The notes beneath the pieces are model-generated. The model made no database searches. It saw nothing but the letters and a program-made list of their open reading frames with translations, and was not told where the DNA came from. A program made the translations under genes and the position numbers. Below are positions 1-10,052 of a stretch of DNA of 64,000 nucleotides, one piece after another (position 1 is the stretch's first letter; each line of letters begins with the position of its first letter). This DNA is from a virus (Duplodnaviria > Caudoviricetes): the IMG/VR virus record IMGVR_UViG_2558860226_000001, positions 1 through 64,000 of that record; one strand, written 5' to 3'.

Positions 1-486
1 TGACTGGGAGCAGATTTACACCACCGGATTCAGGCCATCACCTGCGGATATTGGGGCGCTCTCTGTTGCCGAGTTTAATCAGTCAATTAAATCGTATGCG
101 CCGATTGCAAGCCCGGCGCTGACGGGAGTGCCTACCGCGCCAACAGTAAATTCCGGGAATAACTCATCCCAGTTAGCGACAACTGCATTTGTGCATAACG
201 CGCTCACTGATAACGCCTTTGTACTGGATTTTACGGGTACAGTGCAGAATTTCGATGTGCCGTGGGATGCCAAAAGCGGGTTTTATAAGGCAGATGTCGG
301 GTCACATACAGATGCTGTTTTGCATTTTCACGGACCAGATGCGAGTTGTAGTGCCCTTCAGTTTGCTGCGCATTACGGTAACGGTGGGTTGAGTTATCGG
401 ACGTCCCGCGATAGCAGGGGCTTTGAGCATGACTGGGAGCAGATTTACACCACCGGATTCAGGCCATCGCCTGCGGATATTGGGGC
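1..486 (+). repeat. Direct repeat in tail fibre, 429-bp period (143-aa module)
   Basis: 1-57 matches 430-486 (tgactgggagcagatttacaccaccggattcaggccatc...) with one mismatch. Confidence 0.85.
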
Positions 487-907
487 TATTTCTGTATCTG
501 AGCTAACCGGCATCCCACTGCCGTGGCCGCAAGTGACCGCCCCGTCGGGCTGGCTGAAATGTAACGGCCAAGCGTTTGATAAAAACCGCTATCCACGGCT
601 GGCGCAGGTCTACCCATCGGGTGTGCTGCCGGATCTGCGCGGCGAATTTATTCGCGGCTGGGATGATGGGCGTGGGGTGGATGCGGGTCGAGCGATACTG
701 AGCGCACAGACTCAATCGATACAGTTGCATACGCATGATGGTGGAATAACTGGACCAGCAACCGGGGTAATCGAAGGGTACGGAGACGGCTCTAGCGGCG
801 GTGCTCCCGGCGTTGACAACTACAATCCTGCGGCAACTGGCGCCGCGGGAGGCGCAGAAACCCGACCCAGAAATATCGCATTCAACTACATCGTGAGAGC
901 TGCATAA
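2..907 (+). CDS. Tail fibre protein (gpH-like), 5'-truncated by window; collar domain
   Basis: Frame open from base 2 (DWEQIYTTGFRP...); GIPLPWP..GWLKCNG..LPDLRGEFIRGWD collar motif; ends RPRNIAFNYIVRAA. Confidence 0.93.
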   Translation, partial: DWEQIYTTGFRPSPADIGALSVAEFNQSIKSYAPIASPALTGVPTAPTVNSGNNSSQLATTAFVHNALTDNAFVLDFTGTVQNFDVPWDAKSGFYKADVGSHTDAVLHFHGPDASCSALQFAAHYGNGGLSYRTSRDSRGFEHDWEQIYTTGFRPSPADIGAISVSELTGIPLPWPQVTAPSGWLKCNGQAFDKNRYPRLAQVYPSGVLPDLRGEFIRGWDDGRGVDAGRAILSAQTQSIQLHTHDGGITGPATGVIEGYGDGSSGGAPGVDNYNPAATGAAGGAETRPRNIAFNYIVRAA

Positions 908-1530
908 TGAGTGAGAAATATTCTGTTGCTGTACAGAGTGCCCGCATGGGAAAAAGTGGGTTGGCAGAATGCGCAGGATGGCTGACTGTTTATCACGTTG
1001 ATCAGCAGACGCGTGAATATACTGGCGCGAGTTATGAATACATGATGGTCGGCACGGGGTTACCAGCCGATAGTTATGCTGACACGCCTGATCTGCCAGC
1101 TGCGGGGCAAGCTTTACGGCGTAGCGCTGATGGTGCGGGATGGGAGCATGTACCGGACCTGCGCGGCAAAACGGCGTACCGCACGGCGGATGGTCAACCG
1201 CAGACAGTGACAGCTCTCGGTGAATTGCCTGACGGGTTGACGCTGTTTTCCCCCTCGACTGCATTCGATAAATGGAATGGCGAAATCTGGGTAACTGATG
1301 TTGCAGCCCAACACGCCGCAGCCGTGGCCGCAGCGCAGCAGGAACAGGCGGCACGAAAAGCAACAGCAACGGCGCGGATCACTGAACTGAGTTACGCCGT
1401 GGAACTGGGGATAGCAACTGACGTAGAGCAAGCGGCGCTGAAGACGTGGAAAACCTATCTGGTGCAATTAAGCCGCATTGATACATCCGCCGCCACAGAT
1501 ATCGACTGGCCGGAAATCCCTTCTACCTGA
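907..1530 (+). CDS. Tail fibre assembly protein (Tfa)
   Basis: Coupled to fibre stop; GLPADSY..P, WEHVPDLRG, W..Y...L.RID..A.DIDWP Tfa motifs. Confidence 0.9.
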   Translation: MSEKYSVAVQSARMGKSGLAECAGWLTVYHVDQQTREYTGASYEYMMVGTGLPADSYADTPDLPAAGQALRRSADGAGWEHVPDLRGKTAYRTADGQPQTVTALGELPDGLTLFSPSTAFDKWNGEIWVTDVAAQHAAAVAAAQQEQAARKATATARITELSYAVELGIATDVEQAALKTWKTYLVQLSRIDTSAATDIDWPEIPST

Positions 1531-1536
1531 TCTGCC

Positions 1537-1558
1537 CGGCCCTGCTTCGACAGGGCCG
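1537..1558. terminator. Hairpin between convergent tfa and gpU
   Basis: cggccctg-N6-cagggccg. Confidence 0.6.
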
Positions 1559-2068
1559 TTAAACCAGCCCTTTCAACGTGTTGACGGTGTCCGTCATGGC
1601 TGTGCTGACGGTGTTCATCGCTTTGGTTGCACTGCTGCGCGCGTTGTCCATCATGTCGCTAAAGGATGAAGATTGCAGCTTTTCCCGCAGGTCTTCATCA
1701 CAGCGCTGAAAGCTCAGCGAAAACTCAATCTTCTTTGCCTTTCCGTAGCGATTCAGCTCTGTGCGCGTGGTCTGCATACCAGTCAGCACGTACATACCGT
1801 AAATCTGCCCGGTACCGTCAATCAACGGCCAGGGGCGGCCACTGTAGGCTTGCGTAGTCAGCGCGGTTAACGACACCTCGCCGCCGGTAATTTCCGGGTA
1901 CAGCACACCGCTCAGTGTAATCTGATCTTCACCGGCACCGATGTATTGCCATTTCGCAGAGCGGTTAATCCGCTCATTCTTCACATGCCGCCAGGCACGC
2001 GACTGCTGAAGCTGCTGGTAAGGCAGCGTTTGCAGCTCAAACACAAACAACCCGTATACCATCATCAT
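1559..2068 (-). CDS. P2 gpU-like tail protein
   Basis: MMVYGLFVFELQTLPYQ...QYIGAGEDQITLSGVLYPEITGG. Confidence 0.9.
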   Translation of the reverse strand: MMMVYGLFVFELQTLPYQQLQQSRAWRHVKNERINRSAKWQYIGAGEDQITLSGVLYPEITGGEVSLTALTTQAYSGRPWPLIDGTGQIYGMYVLTGMQTTRTELNRYGKAKKIEFSLSFQRCDEDLREKLQSSSFSDMMDNARSSATKAMNTVSTAMTDTVNTLKGLV

Positions 2069-2080
2069 CGGTTTTTCTCC

Positions 2081-5053
2081 TTACTCTCTGTCTCTGAAAC
2101 TGCCACGCTGAAGCCTGTCGCGGCGGGCCAGTTCGGCACTGACTGCATCGGCCACAATACGGCCCAGCTCGCGGGCGTCCTGCCGTTCAACGCCGTGCAG
2201 GTGTATATGAATTTCCCCATTGAAACCGCCCGCCGCCGGTGTTCTGGCCGCCGGACGACTGACCGGGGACGCGTCGGCTTGTTTGACGGGCTGTGTCGCC
2301 GCAACCACGGCGGGGCGGTCGCTGAGCGCCTGCATGGTCTGCGCAGGCTGTGAGGGGGCAGAAGGTGTGCCGCCAGTAAGCCGGGATTCCTGCCATTCGC
2401 CACGCACAGCCAGCGCTTTCGGCAGGTTTTTGAAAACGATATCGCCGGGGCCGATGCGCTTTTTGGTTTCTTCCAGCACGCCGCCGGTGTTGTCAGCAAT
2501 CTTCTGCAAACGGCGCTGGGTACCGCTGTCCCCGGTCAGGGGTGGCTTAGGCGCGGGTGGTGGTGCGGTGGTGGCCTCTTTCAGGTCGCCGGTCAGGTTG
2601 GCGACCAGACCTTGCAGTCGGTCTTTCCCTTCCGGCGTCAGCTCTTTCAACTGATCGGCTTTTTTCTGCGCCGCATCCAGTCCGGACGGGATTAAACCGA
2701 GCTTTTCCAGAATCCAGCCGATCCCCTCCATCAGCTTTTGCAGCGGCAATAACAGCATGTCCAGTGCCGACCCCAGCACCTTGCCGAAACCGTAGCCCGC
2801 AACTGCGCAGTCATCCAGCGTCTTCTTTGTGGTCTGGATAGGCTGAAAAAGCTGCGTAAATCGATCCCACAGGCGCGACACGGCCGACACAATCACATCA
2901 AAGACGGGAGCCAGGCCCGTAAATGCCTGCCGAATGGGGCCAAGGCTGATAACAATGCCGGTAAACATCCCGCTGAAAAACGTTCTGACAGGCTCCCAGA
3001 ATCGCCAGATAAGCAGCCCGGCCGCCACAAACGCCGCGCCAATCAATCCGATCGGGCTTAACAGCAGCGACAGCACGCCGCCTAACACCGAGACAGCGCC
3101 GGTGATCAGGCTCCATAGCGCAGGCAGGCCGCTCAGCCGCAACAACAGCCCGCCTACGCCCCTGACCAGTGAACCCAATGCCGACACCGGCGAGGTAAAC
3201 ACGGCCAGTAACATGCCACGCAGCGGGGTCAGTGTCGCGGTCAGTCGGCCTGTGCTGCCAGAGAAAAGCTGTAGCCAGCCACCTATGCGTGCCATCGGCC
3301 CGCCGAGCAGGCTGCTTAACCCGGAAAACATCGACACCGCACCACCGACGCCCCGTGCGCCCAGCAGCAGCGAAAAGCCGAGCTGGAGCTTAGCCAGCGG
3401 ACCCATCAGCAGACCGATTGCCAGTGAGGTGCCACCGATCGCCACCGCGAATGCCGCCGCACCGCCGACAGCCAGTAACAGCGTTTGCGTCAGCCTGGGA
3501 TTCTCTTTCACCCAGCCGCTCACGTTGGTAATCACATCGCTTAGCCCCTGCGTCAGGTTGCGCAGTGGCCGGTCTGCCGTTTCTTCAACCTGAATACGAA
3601 ACCCTTCCCAGGCACTGTCGAGGTTTTTCAGGTCACCACCCAGGTTATCCGCCATCTTTTTACCAACGGTCGCCGATTCACCTTTAGCTTTTAGCAACTC
3701 CTGGAATAACTTATCCAGCTTGCCACTGCCTGCCGACTGAACCAGCGTTTGCAGACCGACAAAGGCCTCTTCCCCGGCAATATCTTTGAAGAAGGACACC
3801 TGATCGACCTGGCCGTATTTTTTGGTAGCTTTGTAGAGATCACGTAATACGTCCTGCATTGGCCGCATCTTGCCTTTGGCATCGGCTACCGACACGCCCA
3901 GCTCTTTCAATGCTTCCGCTGCGGCTTTCGGCGGTGAAGCCAGACGGGCCAGGCTGGCACGCATGGCGGTACCGGCATCACTGCCGCGAATACCGTTATT
4001 CGCCAGCATACCGGCCATCGCCGCCGCATATTCAAGGCTAATCCCCAGCTTGGCCGCCACCGGGCCGGTGTATTTCATGGTTTCGCCGAGGCTGAACAGG
4101 TCGGTGTTGGTACGGGTAAAGGTGCCGGTCAGTACGTCACCCACGCGATCCATCTGGCTGGCATCCAGATTGAACTGTGAAAGAATGTTTGACCCGATAT
4201 CAGCGGTTTCGCCCAGCTCCATGCCACCGGCCAGCGCCATATTCAGCACACCTGGCAATGCCGCTTGTATGGCCTGCGGCGTAAACCCGGCCATTGCCAG
4301 AAACGCCTGACCGCTGGCTGCGTCGCGGGTGGTGAATGCGGTTTCCGCGCCGAGCTTTTTGGCCTGCGCCCGCAGGGCCGCCAGTTGCTGATCGCCTTTA
4401 TCCAGCCGGGTCAGCGCCTGAACGCGTGACATCTCTTCATCAAACCCAACCGCCGGGGCCAGAAACTGCCCGCCTGCGTATCCGGCTGCCGCCCCGCCTG
4501 CTACCGCCATCGTGCCGCTACCACGTAGTTTGCCCGCGGTCTGCTGCATTCGCTCATAACGGGCGCGTGCCTGCGTAACGGCAGCCAGTTGCCGCCGCTC
4601 TCGCTCCAGGGTCTGGTTATATTGTTCGGTACGCCGGATGGCGCTCTGGATAGTGGCATTACTGCCAACCAGTGACACACCGTGACCGCGCAACGCTTGT
4701 GAGGCAGCGCGCAGCTTGACCATTTCCTGATCGCGGGTGATGTTCAGCCGCTCTAGTTTGACGGCCAGTGCGGCCATGTGTTCCCGTTGCTTATCGGTCA
4801 GCACAGTGTTGTTTTGCTGGGCCTTTTTCAGCCCGTCCAGGCTGCGGCTGGCTTCATCAATCTTGCGTGAGGTCTTTTGTACGCTGTCGCGCAGGCGGTT
4901 GAAGGTCCTGGACTGAGTGTCCAGATCCTTAATAGCGGCCTGGGTGCGTTTGAGGGATTCAGACAAACCGCCCGCACTCTGGCGGGCGGCGTTGACCGGG
5001 CGGGTCAGCCGGTCGATAGCGCTGAAGGCTACGCGGATATCAAGGCTTTTCAT
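2081..5053 (-). CDS. Tail tape measure protein (gpT-like)
   Basis: ~990 aa, Ala/Gly-rich TP901-type core; ATG at 5053 (MKSLDIRV). Confidence 0.92.
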   Translation of the reverse strand: MKSLDIRVAFSAIDRLTRPVNAARQSAGGLSESLKRTQAAIKDLDTQSRTFNRLRDSVQKTSRKIDEASRSLDGLKKAQQNNTVLTDKQREHMAALAVKLERLNITRDQEMVKLRAASQALRGHGVSLVGSNATIQSAIRRTEQYNQTLERERRQLAAVTQARARYERMQQTAGKLRGSGTMAVAGGAAAGYAGGQFLAPAVGFDEEMSRVQALTRLDKGDQQLAALRAQAKKLGAETAFTTRDAASGQAFLAMAGFTPQAIQAALPGVLNMALAGGMELGETADIGSNILSQFNLDASQMDRVGDVLTGTFTRTNTDLFSLGETMKYTGPVAAKLGISLEYAAAMAGMLANNGIRGSDAGTAMRASLARLASPPKAAAEALKELGVSVADAKGKMRPMQDVLRDLYKATKKYGQVDQVSFFKDIAGEEAFVGLQTLVQSAGSGKLDKLFQELLKAKGESATVGKKMADNLGGDLKNLDSAWEGFRIQVEETADRPLRNLTQGLSDVITNVSGWVKENPRLTQTLLLAVGGAAAFAVAIGGTSLAIGLLMGPLAKLQLGFSLLLGARGVGGAVSMFSGLSSLLGGPMARIGGWLQLFSGSTGRLTATLTPLRGMLLAVFTSPVSALGSLVRGVGGLLLRLSGLPALWSLITGAVSVLGGVLSLLLSPIGLIGAAFVAAGLLIWRFWEPVRTFFSGMFTGIVISLGPIRQAFTGLAPVFDVIVSAVSRLWDRFTQLFQPIQTTKKTLDDCAVAGYGFGKVLGSALDMLLLPLQKLMEGIGWILEKLGLIPSGLDAAQKKADQLKELTPEGKDRLQGLVANLTGDLKEATTAPPPAPKPPLTGDSGTQRRLQKIADNTGGVLEETKKRIGPGDIVFKNLPKALAVRGEWQESRLTGGTPSAPSQPAQTMQALSDRPAVVAATQPVKQADASPVSRPAARTPAAGGFNGEIHIHLHGVERQDARELGRIVADAVSAELARRDRLQRGSFRDRE

Positions 5054-5521
5054 CGGCTTCACTGGCTCCACTTCGGATAGCCGCCCGCGTACGCCAGGCT
5101 ATCACCTCGCCCAGATCCATGCTGAACAGTTCAGAGGGCGGCCAGTTAAAAACAACGGCGATATCAGCGACCAGATCGTCTATCTGATCGAACTGCAAGA
5201 CGGTTACGCTTCCTCCGTCACCTCCGCGTTCGGCTCGCCAGGCTCCACATGCACTAAAAAAGGCGTGATTGCCTCCGCCAGTCGCATGAAATCGCGGGTA
5301 TCCATCGCGTTGATCTCGGCCAGTTTCAGTTTTGGCGAGGTAACGCGTGTTAACAGGGTGGTGATGGAATCCACATCCATATTCAAGACGTTGACCAGCC
5401 GCAGGCCACGCAATGAGCCAGCCTGTTTGATATCGTCGGTAATGGTCACCTGGCTGATAGTGCTGTCGCCCCGCATAATAGGCGTCGCCAGGGTTACGGT
5501 GTTGTTGTTCGGTGTGTTCAT
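5040..5521 (-). CDS. Tail chaperone gpE+E' via -1 frameshift
   Basis: Slippery T TTT TTA at 5255-5261; -1 frame reads DLVADIAVVFNWPPSELFSMDLGEVIAWR (GpE' signature), stop at 5040. Confidence 0.85.
5204..5521 (-). CDS. Tail assembly chaperone gpE
   Basis: VTLATPIMRG..AGSLRGL..L motif; lies between tube and tape measure. Confidence 0.88.
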   Translation of the reverse strand: MNTPNNNTVTLATPIMRGDSTISQVTITDDIKQAGSLRGLRLVNVLNMDVDSITTLLTRVTSPKLKLAEINAMDTRDFMRLAEAITPFLVHVEPGEPNAEVTEEA

Positions 5522-5568
5522 GGTGACAGGCTCCGGGCGGCTAATGTGGCCGCCATGATTCAGGTTGT

Positions 5569-6084
5569 TCAGTTACCCAGCCCCAGCGCAGACGTGATGC
5601 GATCCGGGTAGATGTTTTTGCCGTTTTTCTTGTAGATGAAATTCAGCAGGTCAATTTCCAGCACCGATTGATCGTCAATCGACAGCTTGTAATAGGTGTT
5701 TTTCAGCGCATAGGTGACAGATGTGTCTTCGCCCTGCTTGGACTCGCCGCCGTCAATCTCGGTAATACGCCCGCGCATCTCTACTTCGACCAGCTGGCTA
5801 TCGCCGTCGGTGTAGTATTCCCCCGCGAAGCGCAGGCGAACGTCATCGATATCGCCGCCGTATTCCAGCAGCAACTTTTTCTCCATGCCGCCGACAACCA
5901 TCTGCGCTTCCAGCGCGCCGGAATCCATACCGAGATCGACCGCTACCGAGCCAATCATGCCCGCGCCCTGAAAGTCTTCAGTCTTGCGGGTCAGCTTTGG
6001 CAGCGTGACGGATGTGACCTTGCCGATCTGGTTGTTGCCGTTCACAAAACAGGTGAACAGGCGCAATTTATGCGGTACGGCCAT
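5569..6084 (-). CDS. Tail tube protein FII
   Basis: VTLPKLTRKTEDFQGAGM...EIDLLN motif. Confidence 0.93.
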   Translation of the reverse strand: MAVPHKLRLFTCFVNGNNQIGKVTSVTLPKLTRKTEDFQGAGMIGSVAVDLGMDSGALEAQMVVGGMEKKLLLEYGGDIDDVRLRFAGEYYTDGDSQLVEVEMRGRITEIDGGESKQGEDTSVTYALKNTYYKLSIDDQSVLEIDLLNFIYKKNGKNIYPDRITSALGLGN

Positions 6085-7263
6085 TTACACACCTCCCAGT
6101 GACGAGAACGCGGAATCAAAATAGTCATCGGTGAAGGTCTGGTATAACGTCAGGTCTTCCAGCGGCGGCACCGGCGTGTACTTGTAACGCACGCGCACCT
6201 GTCCCTGCCGCAGGCCGGTTGTGGGGTTGTCCTGAATATCGAACCAGCATTCCCCGCCGATCAGCCTGCCCGCCGTGACCAGCGCGCTCAGCTTGCCGTT
6301 GATGCCGTTCACCACGTCTTTCACGTTGGCCGGAGTCAGTGGCTCGTCAACGGCTTCAAACTGCGCTTCCGCGATACTGTCAGCGAGGATTTGCGCGGTG
6401 CGGGTGTACACCTCAAACAGGTAATCATGGATATCGGTGGTGCGGTTGCCCCAGAAGCGGAATCCGTTGCGCTTAATCAGCGTGGTGATCTCCTGGTTGT
6501 TAAGTTCATTGGCGTCGCTGTCTTCGGCCTGAAGCGACCAGAACACATCCCGCGAGATACCCAGCACGTTATTCACTGCCACGTTCGACAGCGACTTATG
6601 CCAGCCCTGATCGTTATCAATCGCTGCGCGCAGGCCGCAGGCATAGGCCGACGCCGGAAAGGTTTCATTGCTGCCGCTAAGCGGGTTATAAGCGATAAAA
6701 TCCGGCCAGATCAGCATCAGCTCACGGTAGGCAAACTGCGCACGGTAGGTGATGGCCTCCGCCATCGTGGTGCAGCCGTGACAACCGGCATAGACAAACG
6801 CCCGCAGATTCTGCGCAATCACACACAGCGCTGACGTCACTTCGGCGGTGTCATAGTCCGGTACCGCCAGAATCCGGGGCCGGTAATTAACTTTTGCTTC
6901 TGCCGTCAGCAAGGCATACATGCCGGTATAACTGCCGTCTGCCGCTGTCCCGCCGATAATCAGTTGGGACTGGGTTTTGTCGCCGCCTTCGGTTGCTGCT
7001 GCCACCCGCACCACGATCACTTTCGGGCTGGTCTGGTCAGAAATGGCTTTCAGCGTCTTGTAGAGTGAGCCGGTTTTACCCGCCTTGCCCAGCACGCTAT
7101 TCACCCGTGTGATGAGCACCGGCGTATTCAGGGGAAAGGTGTCTGCGTCCGCATCCTCCGCCACGGCCACCACGCCAATCACACTGGAATCAATGTCATT
7201 GATTGCGGTTACCAGGTCGGTATTTTCACGAACGCGCACACCGTGGAAACGTGTCTCGGACAT
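6085..7263 (-). CDS. Tail sheath protein FI
   Basis: FHGVRV..., GWHKSLSN, GFRFWGNRT, YTPVPPLEDL. Confidence 0.94.
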   Translation of the reverse strand: MSETRFHGVRVRENTDLVTAINDIDSSVIGVVAVAEDADADTFPLNTPVLITRVNSVLGKAGKTGSLYKTLKAISDQTSPKVIVVRVAAATEGGDKTQSQLIIGGTAADGSYTGMYALLTAEAKVNYRPRILAVPDYDTAEVTSALCVIAQNLRAFVYAGCHGCTTMAEAITYRAQFAYRELMLIWPDFIAYNPLSGSNETFPASAYACGLRAAIDNDQGWHKSLSNVAVNNVLGISRDVFWSLQAEDSDANELNNQEITTLIKRNGFRFWGNRTTDIHDYLFEVYTRTAQILADSIAEAQFEAVDEPLTPANVKDVVNGINGKLSALVTAGRLIGGECWFDIQDNPTTGLRQGQVRVRYKYTPVPPLEDLTLYQTFTDDYFDSAFSSLGGV

Positions 7264-7416
7264 GTTCGCCACCATTACGTTATTGAGTTCATGGCGATAA
7301 TCCCCGATATCCGCCGCACACTCACGCGTTGCCGGGTCTGGCCGTCCGGCGACAACAAAAAGCCATTTTTCCCCACGCGTGCGCGTGAAATCATGCGCGA
7401 AAACAAGGGGGAAACG

Positions 7417-8556
7417 ATGGCTATCACCGATCTGGCTGACTCACTTATCACTACGGCGAAACGCTACGATGATGCGCTAACCGAGGCGGTAAAAAGCCCG
7501 GCCTTCAGCATTACGCTGGGTGGGAAATCGCTGAAGGAACTGAGCGACCGGCTAATCTCGCTGTCACTGACCGACAACCGGGGCTTTGAAGCCGACCAGC
7601 TCACGCTGTCGATAGACGACAGTGACGGACGCGTGGAACTACCGCCGCGTGGCGCTCAGATTGCACTGTCCATCGGCTGGCAGGGTGAAGCGCTGACTTA
7701 CAAAGGGCTGTATACCGTGGATGAGATTTCCCACGAAGGCCCACCCGATGTGCTGGGTGTTACGGCCAGAAGTGCGGATTTCCGCGAAGAATTCAACGTG
7801 AAACGTGAGGTTTCCTGGCATGACGTGACGGTAGAGCGTGTTGTGTCGGCGATTGCGCACCGCTACGGCATGAAGGCGCAAATCAGCAACATACTGATGA
7901 ATATCGAAATCGACCACGCAGACCAGACGGAAGAGAGTGATATGTCATTCCTGACCCGGATGGCCGAGCAACTGGGGGCGATTGCCACCATCAAAAACGG
8001 CACCTTGCTGTTTATTCTGCCCGGTGGTGGTGTAACGGCATCCGGCAAGGCGCTGCCGTCGGCCAGTATCACCCGCAGTAGTGGTGATGGTCACCGTTTT
8101 CGCATTGCGGATCGGGATGCCTACACCGGTGTGCGCGCCTACTGGCTGGATCTGAAATTCGGTAAAAAGAAGAAGGTCAGCGTAAAGCGCCGCCGGACAA
8201 AGCCCAAACCGAAAAAAGAGAAAAGCAGCAGTCGTGAAGGCGATTACATCACCGGCGCAGAAGGCAACGTGTTCGTACTGCGGAAAACCTATCAGAATGA
8301 AGAAACCGCAAAACGTGCCGCGGCGGCTAAATGGCGACAGTTGCAACGCGGGGCCGCTGAATTTTCGATTACCCTGGCGCGTGGCCGTGCTGAGCTGTAT
8401 CCCGAAATGCACCTGACAGTAAGCGGCTTTAAACCGGATATCGACAATCAGGACTGGATTATCGCCCGCGCGGAACACGTTATTGATGGCAACGGCTTTA
8501 CCACCCGTCTGGAACTGGAAGCAAAAATCCCTGACTGGATAGCAGAAAGTGAATAA
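7417..8556 (+). CDS. P2 gpD-like baseplate hub protein
   Basis: RLISLSLTDNRGFEADQL, QTEESDMSFLTR; SD ggggga before ATG 7417. Confidence 0.92.
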   Translation: MAITDLADSLITTAKRYDDALTEAVKSPAFSITLGGKSLKELSDRLISLSLTDNRGFEADQLTLSIDDSDGRVELPPRGAQIALSIGWQGEALTYKGLYTVDEISHEGPPDVLGVTARSADFREEFNVKREVSWHDVTVERVVSAIAHRYGMKAQISNILMNIEIDHADQTEESDMSFLTRMAEQLGAIATIKNGTLLFILPGGGVTASGKALPSASITRSSGDGHRFRIADRDAYTGVRAYWLDLKFGKKKKVSVKRRRTKPKPKKEKSSSREGDYITGAEGNVFVLRKTYQNEETAKRAAAAKWRQLQRGAAEFSITLARGRAELYPEMHLTVSGFKPDIDNQDWIIARAEHVIDGNGFTTRLELEAKIPDWIAESE

Positions 8557-8592
8557 AATGGCGGCGAGTTCAACTCCCACAGGGGAGCCATT

Positions 8593-8841
8593 ATGTTCAG
8601 ATGTCCTTTTTGCGGGGCAATGGCCCGCACCCGTACCAGTCGCCGCCTGAGCGATATCACCATCCGGCAGTACCACCAGTGCCAAAATCTGGAATGTAGT
8701 GAGACATTTACCACCCTCAACACGATAGAACGGCGCGTATCAAAGCGTACACGGGAAGACCCACTACCGCCTGACTTTATCCCACAGGACGCCTTTCCGG
8801 CTTCGCATTACGGACGGGATCAATTGAATCTGGCGTTGTAA
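8593..8841 (+). CDS. ogr: Ogr/Delta zinc-finger late activator
   Basis: CPFCG..ARTRTSR..YHQCQNLECSETF. Confidence 0.9.
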   Translation: MFRCPFCGAMARTRTSRRLSDITIRQYHQCQNLECSETFTTLNTIERRVSKRTREDPLPPDFIPQDAFPASHYGRDQLNLAL

Positions 8842-8844
8842 AAC

Positions 8845-8875
8845 AAAAGCCCCGCAGGATGATTGCGGGGCTTTT
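8845..8875. terminator. Bidirectional intrinsic terminator after ogr
   Basis: aaaagccccgca-N7-tgcggggctttt. Confidence 0.8.
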
Positions 8876-9526
8876 CAAAGTTATTTTAATTGCTGTGTGT
8901 ATGGGCAGCGATAACGCTTCACCTCTGTCACCTTTTGCTTTGCCAACTTCCTCACAAGAAGATTTCGGGATTTCAAAAACAAACCCAGAATAGTTATTTC
9001 GGTTTAATACCTGTATCTCTTTTATGTTGCTTATATATGCAGTTTTCTTTGCCTCAAACCAGAGCGAAGTACAATCCTCATTGATATAACTGCTTCATAG
9101 ATTTCATTGCTCACACGGTCTTCATTCATTGTTAGCCGAATAACCCCGCAATTTTCCGAAAAGGTTATTGGGTGCCATGGTTTGAGTGATTTTTGCAAGA
9201 TCGAGTGATTGATTGAATGGGCAGAAGTGCAGAATGAAGCCAATAACAACAGTGCGCATGTGTATTTTTTAATGAGATATATCCTGATTTATTAATTCTT
9301 TTATTTTTTGCTTTGTATGTATAACAGAGAGATTAACAATAGGAGAGAATGATTGTGGTGACAATCCAGGTTTTTCAAGGTAATGCCGATTTACGGAGGG
9401 TGAAATAAAGGGGGCATTGACATATTGCTCACCCTCTTTTTCCACATCTTTTAAGCGCTAATTATTCAATTAAAGTTAACAATAACAGCTGATTGAAGAC
9501 TGCCTTTTTTGTACCCGAAAAACGGG

Positions 9527-9556
9527 TGCTGCCACTCTGCTGCCATTTTGCTGCCA
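9527..9556. repeat. 3x TGCTGCCA at 11-bp period; probable integrase arm-type sites
   Basis: Copies at 9527, 9538 and 9549, ~90 bp from the tRNA-Leu 3' end. Confidence 0.65.
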
Positions 9557-9575
9557 CTTGCCAAATGACAGACAC

Positions 9576-9597
9576 AAAAAAACCGCCTCGTGGCGGT
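9576..9597 (-). terminator. Terminator downstream of tRNA operon
   Basis: accgcc-N4-ggcggt with U-tract on the minus strand. Confidence 0.7.
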
Positions 9598-9641
9598 CAT
9601 GTTATTTTAATTATTTCCTTATATCACAAGCACTTATCGCA

Positions 9642-9728
9642 TGGTGCCCAGAGCGGGACTTGAACCCGCACAGCGCGAACGCCGAGGGATTTTAAATCCC
9701 TTGTGTCTACCGATTTCACCATCTGGGC
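9642..9728 (-). tRNA. leuZ: tRNA-Leu(TAA); probable att site of the P2-like prophage
   Basis: 87 nt, GCCCAGATGGTGAAATCGG...anticodon TAA...CACCA. Confidence 0.96.
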
Positions 9729-9736
9729 TCAGATAT

Positions 9737-9810
9737 TGGAGGCGCGTCCCGGAGTCGAACCGAGGTGGACGGATTTGCAATCCGCTGCATGGCCACTCTG
9801 CCAACGCGCC
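9737..9810 (-). tRNA. cysT: tRNA-Cys(GCA)
   Basis: 74 nt, GGCGCGTTGGCAGAGTGG...TTGCAAA...CTCCA. Confidence 0.96.
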
Positions 9811-9835
9811 CTATATTGGGGCTACTAAATCGATT

Positions 9836-9911
<76 letters not shown>

Positions 9912-10052
9912 ATTTTACAGAACAGGTTGTTTATTAAGTATTTTCAATAAACTATGTTCCTGTCGATGCGGTGCATTCTACTTACCTGACGCGGTGAGTC
10001 AATAAAATTATCACCCCGCTTGGATCGTTTGCTGTTTTTTAAGGCGAGACGA

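Larger units (their letters stand above)
1..9641. mobile_element. P2-like prophage, right end (continues beyond window start)
   Basis: Tail fibre, tfa, gpU, tape measure, E/E', FII, FI, gpD and ogr homologs, ending next to the 3' end of tRNA-Leu with arm-like repeats. Confidence 0.92.

Noticed and set aside
1-1558. Invertase- or DGR-driven tail fibre switching
   Set aside because: No serine invertase, reverse transcriptase or adenine-specific TR/VR pair was seen in the window
503-8685. Long antisense or alternative-frame ORFs (503-1369, 2934-3593, 4917-5558, 7945-8685)
   Set aside because: Shadows of GC-rich structural genes with no recognisable motifs
9527-9563. Short periodic repeats as a CRISPR array
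   Set aside because: 8-bp units with 3-bp spacers; better explained as integrase arm sites. No CRISPR array was seen anywhere in the window
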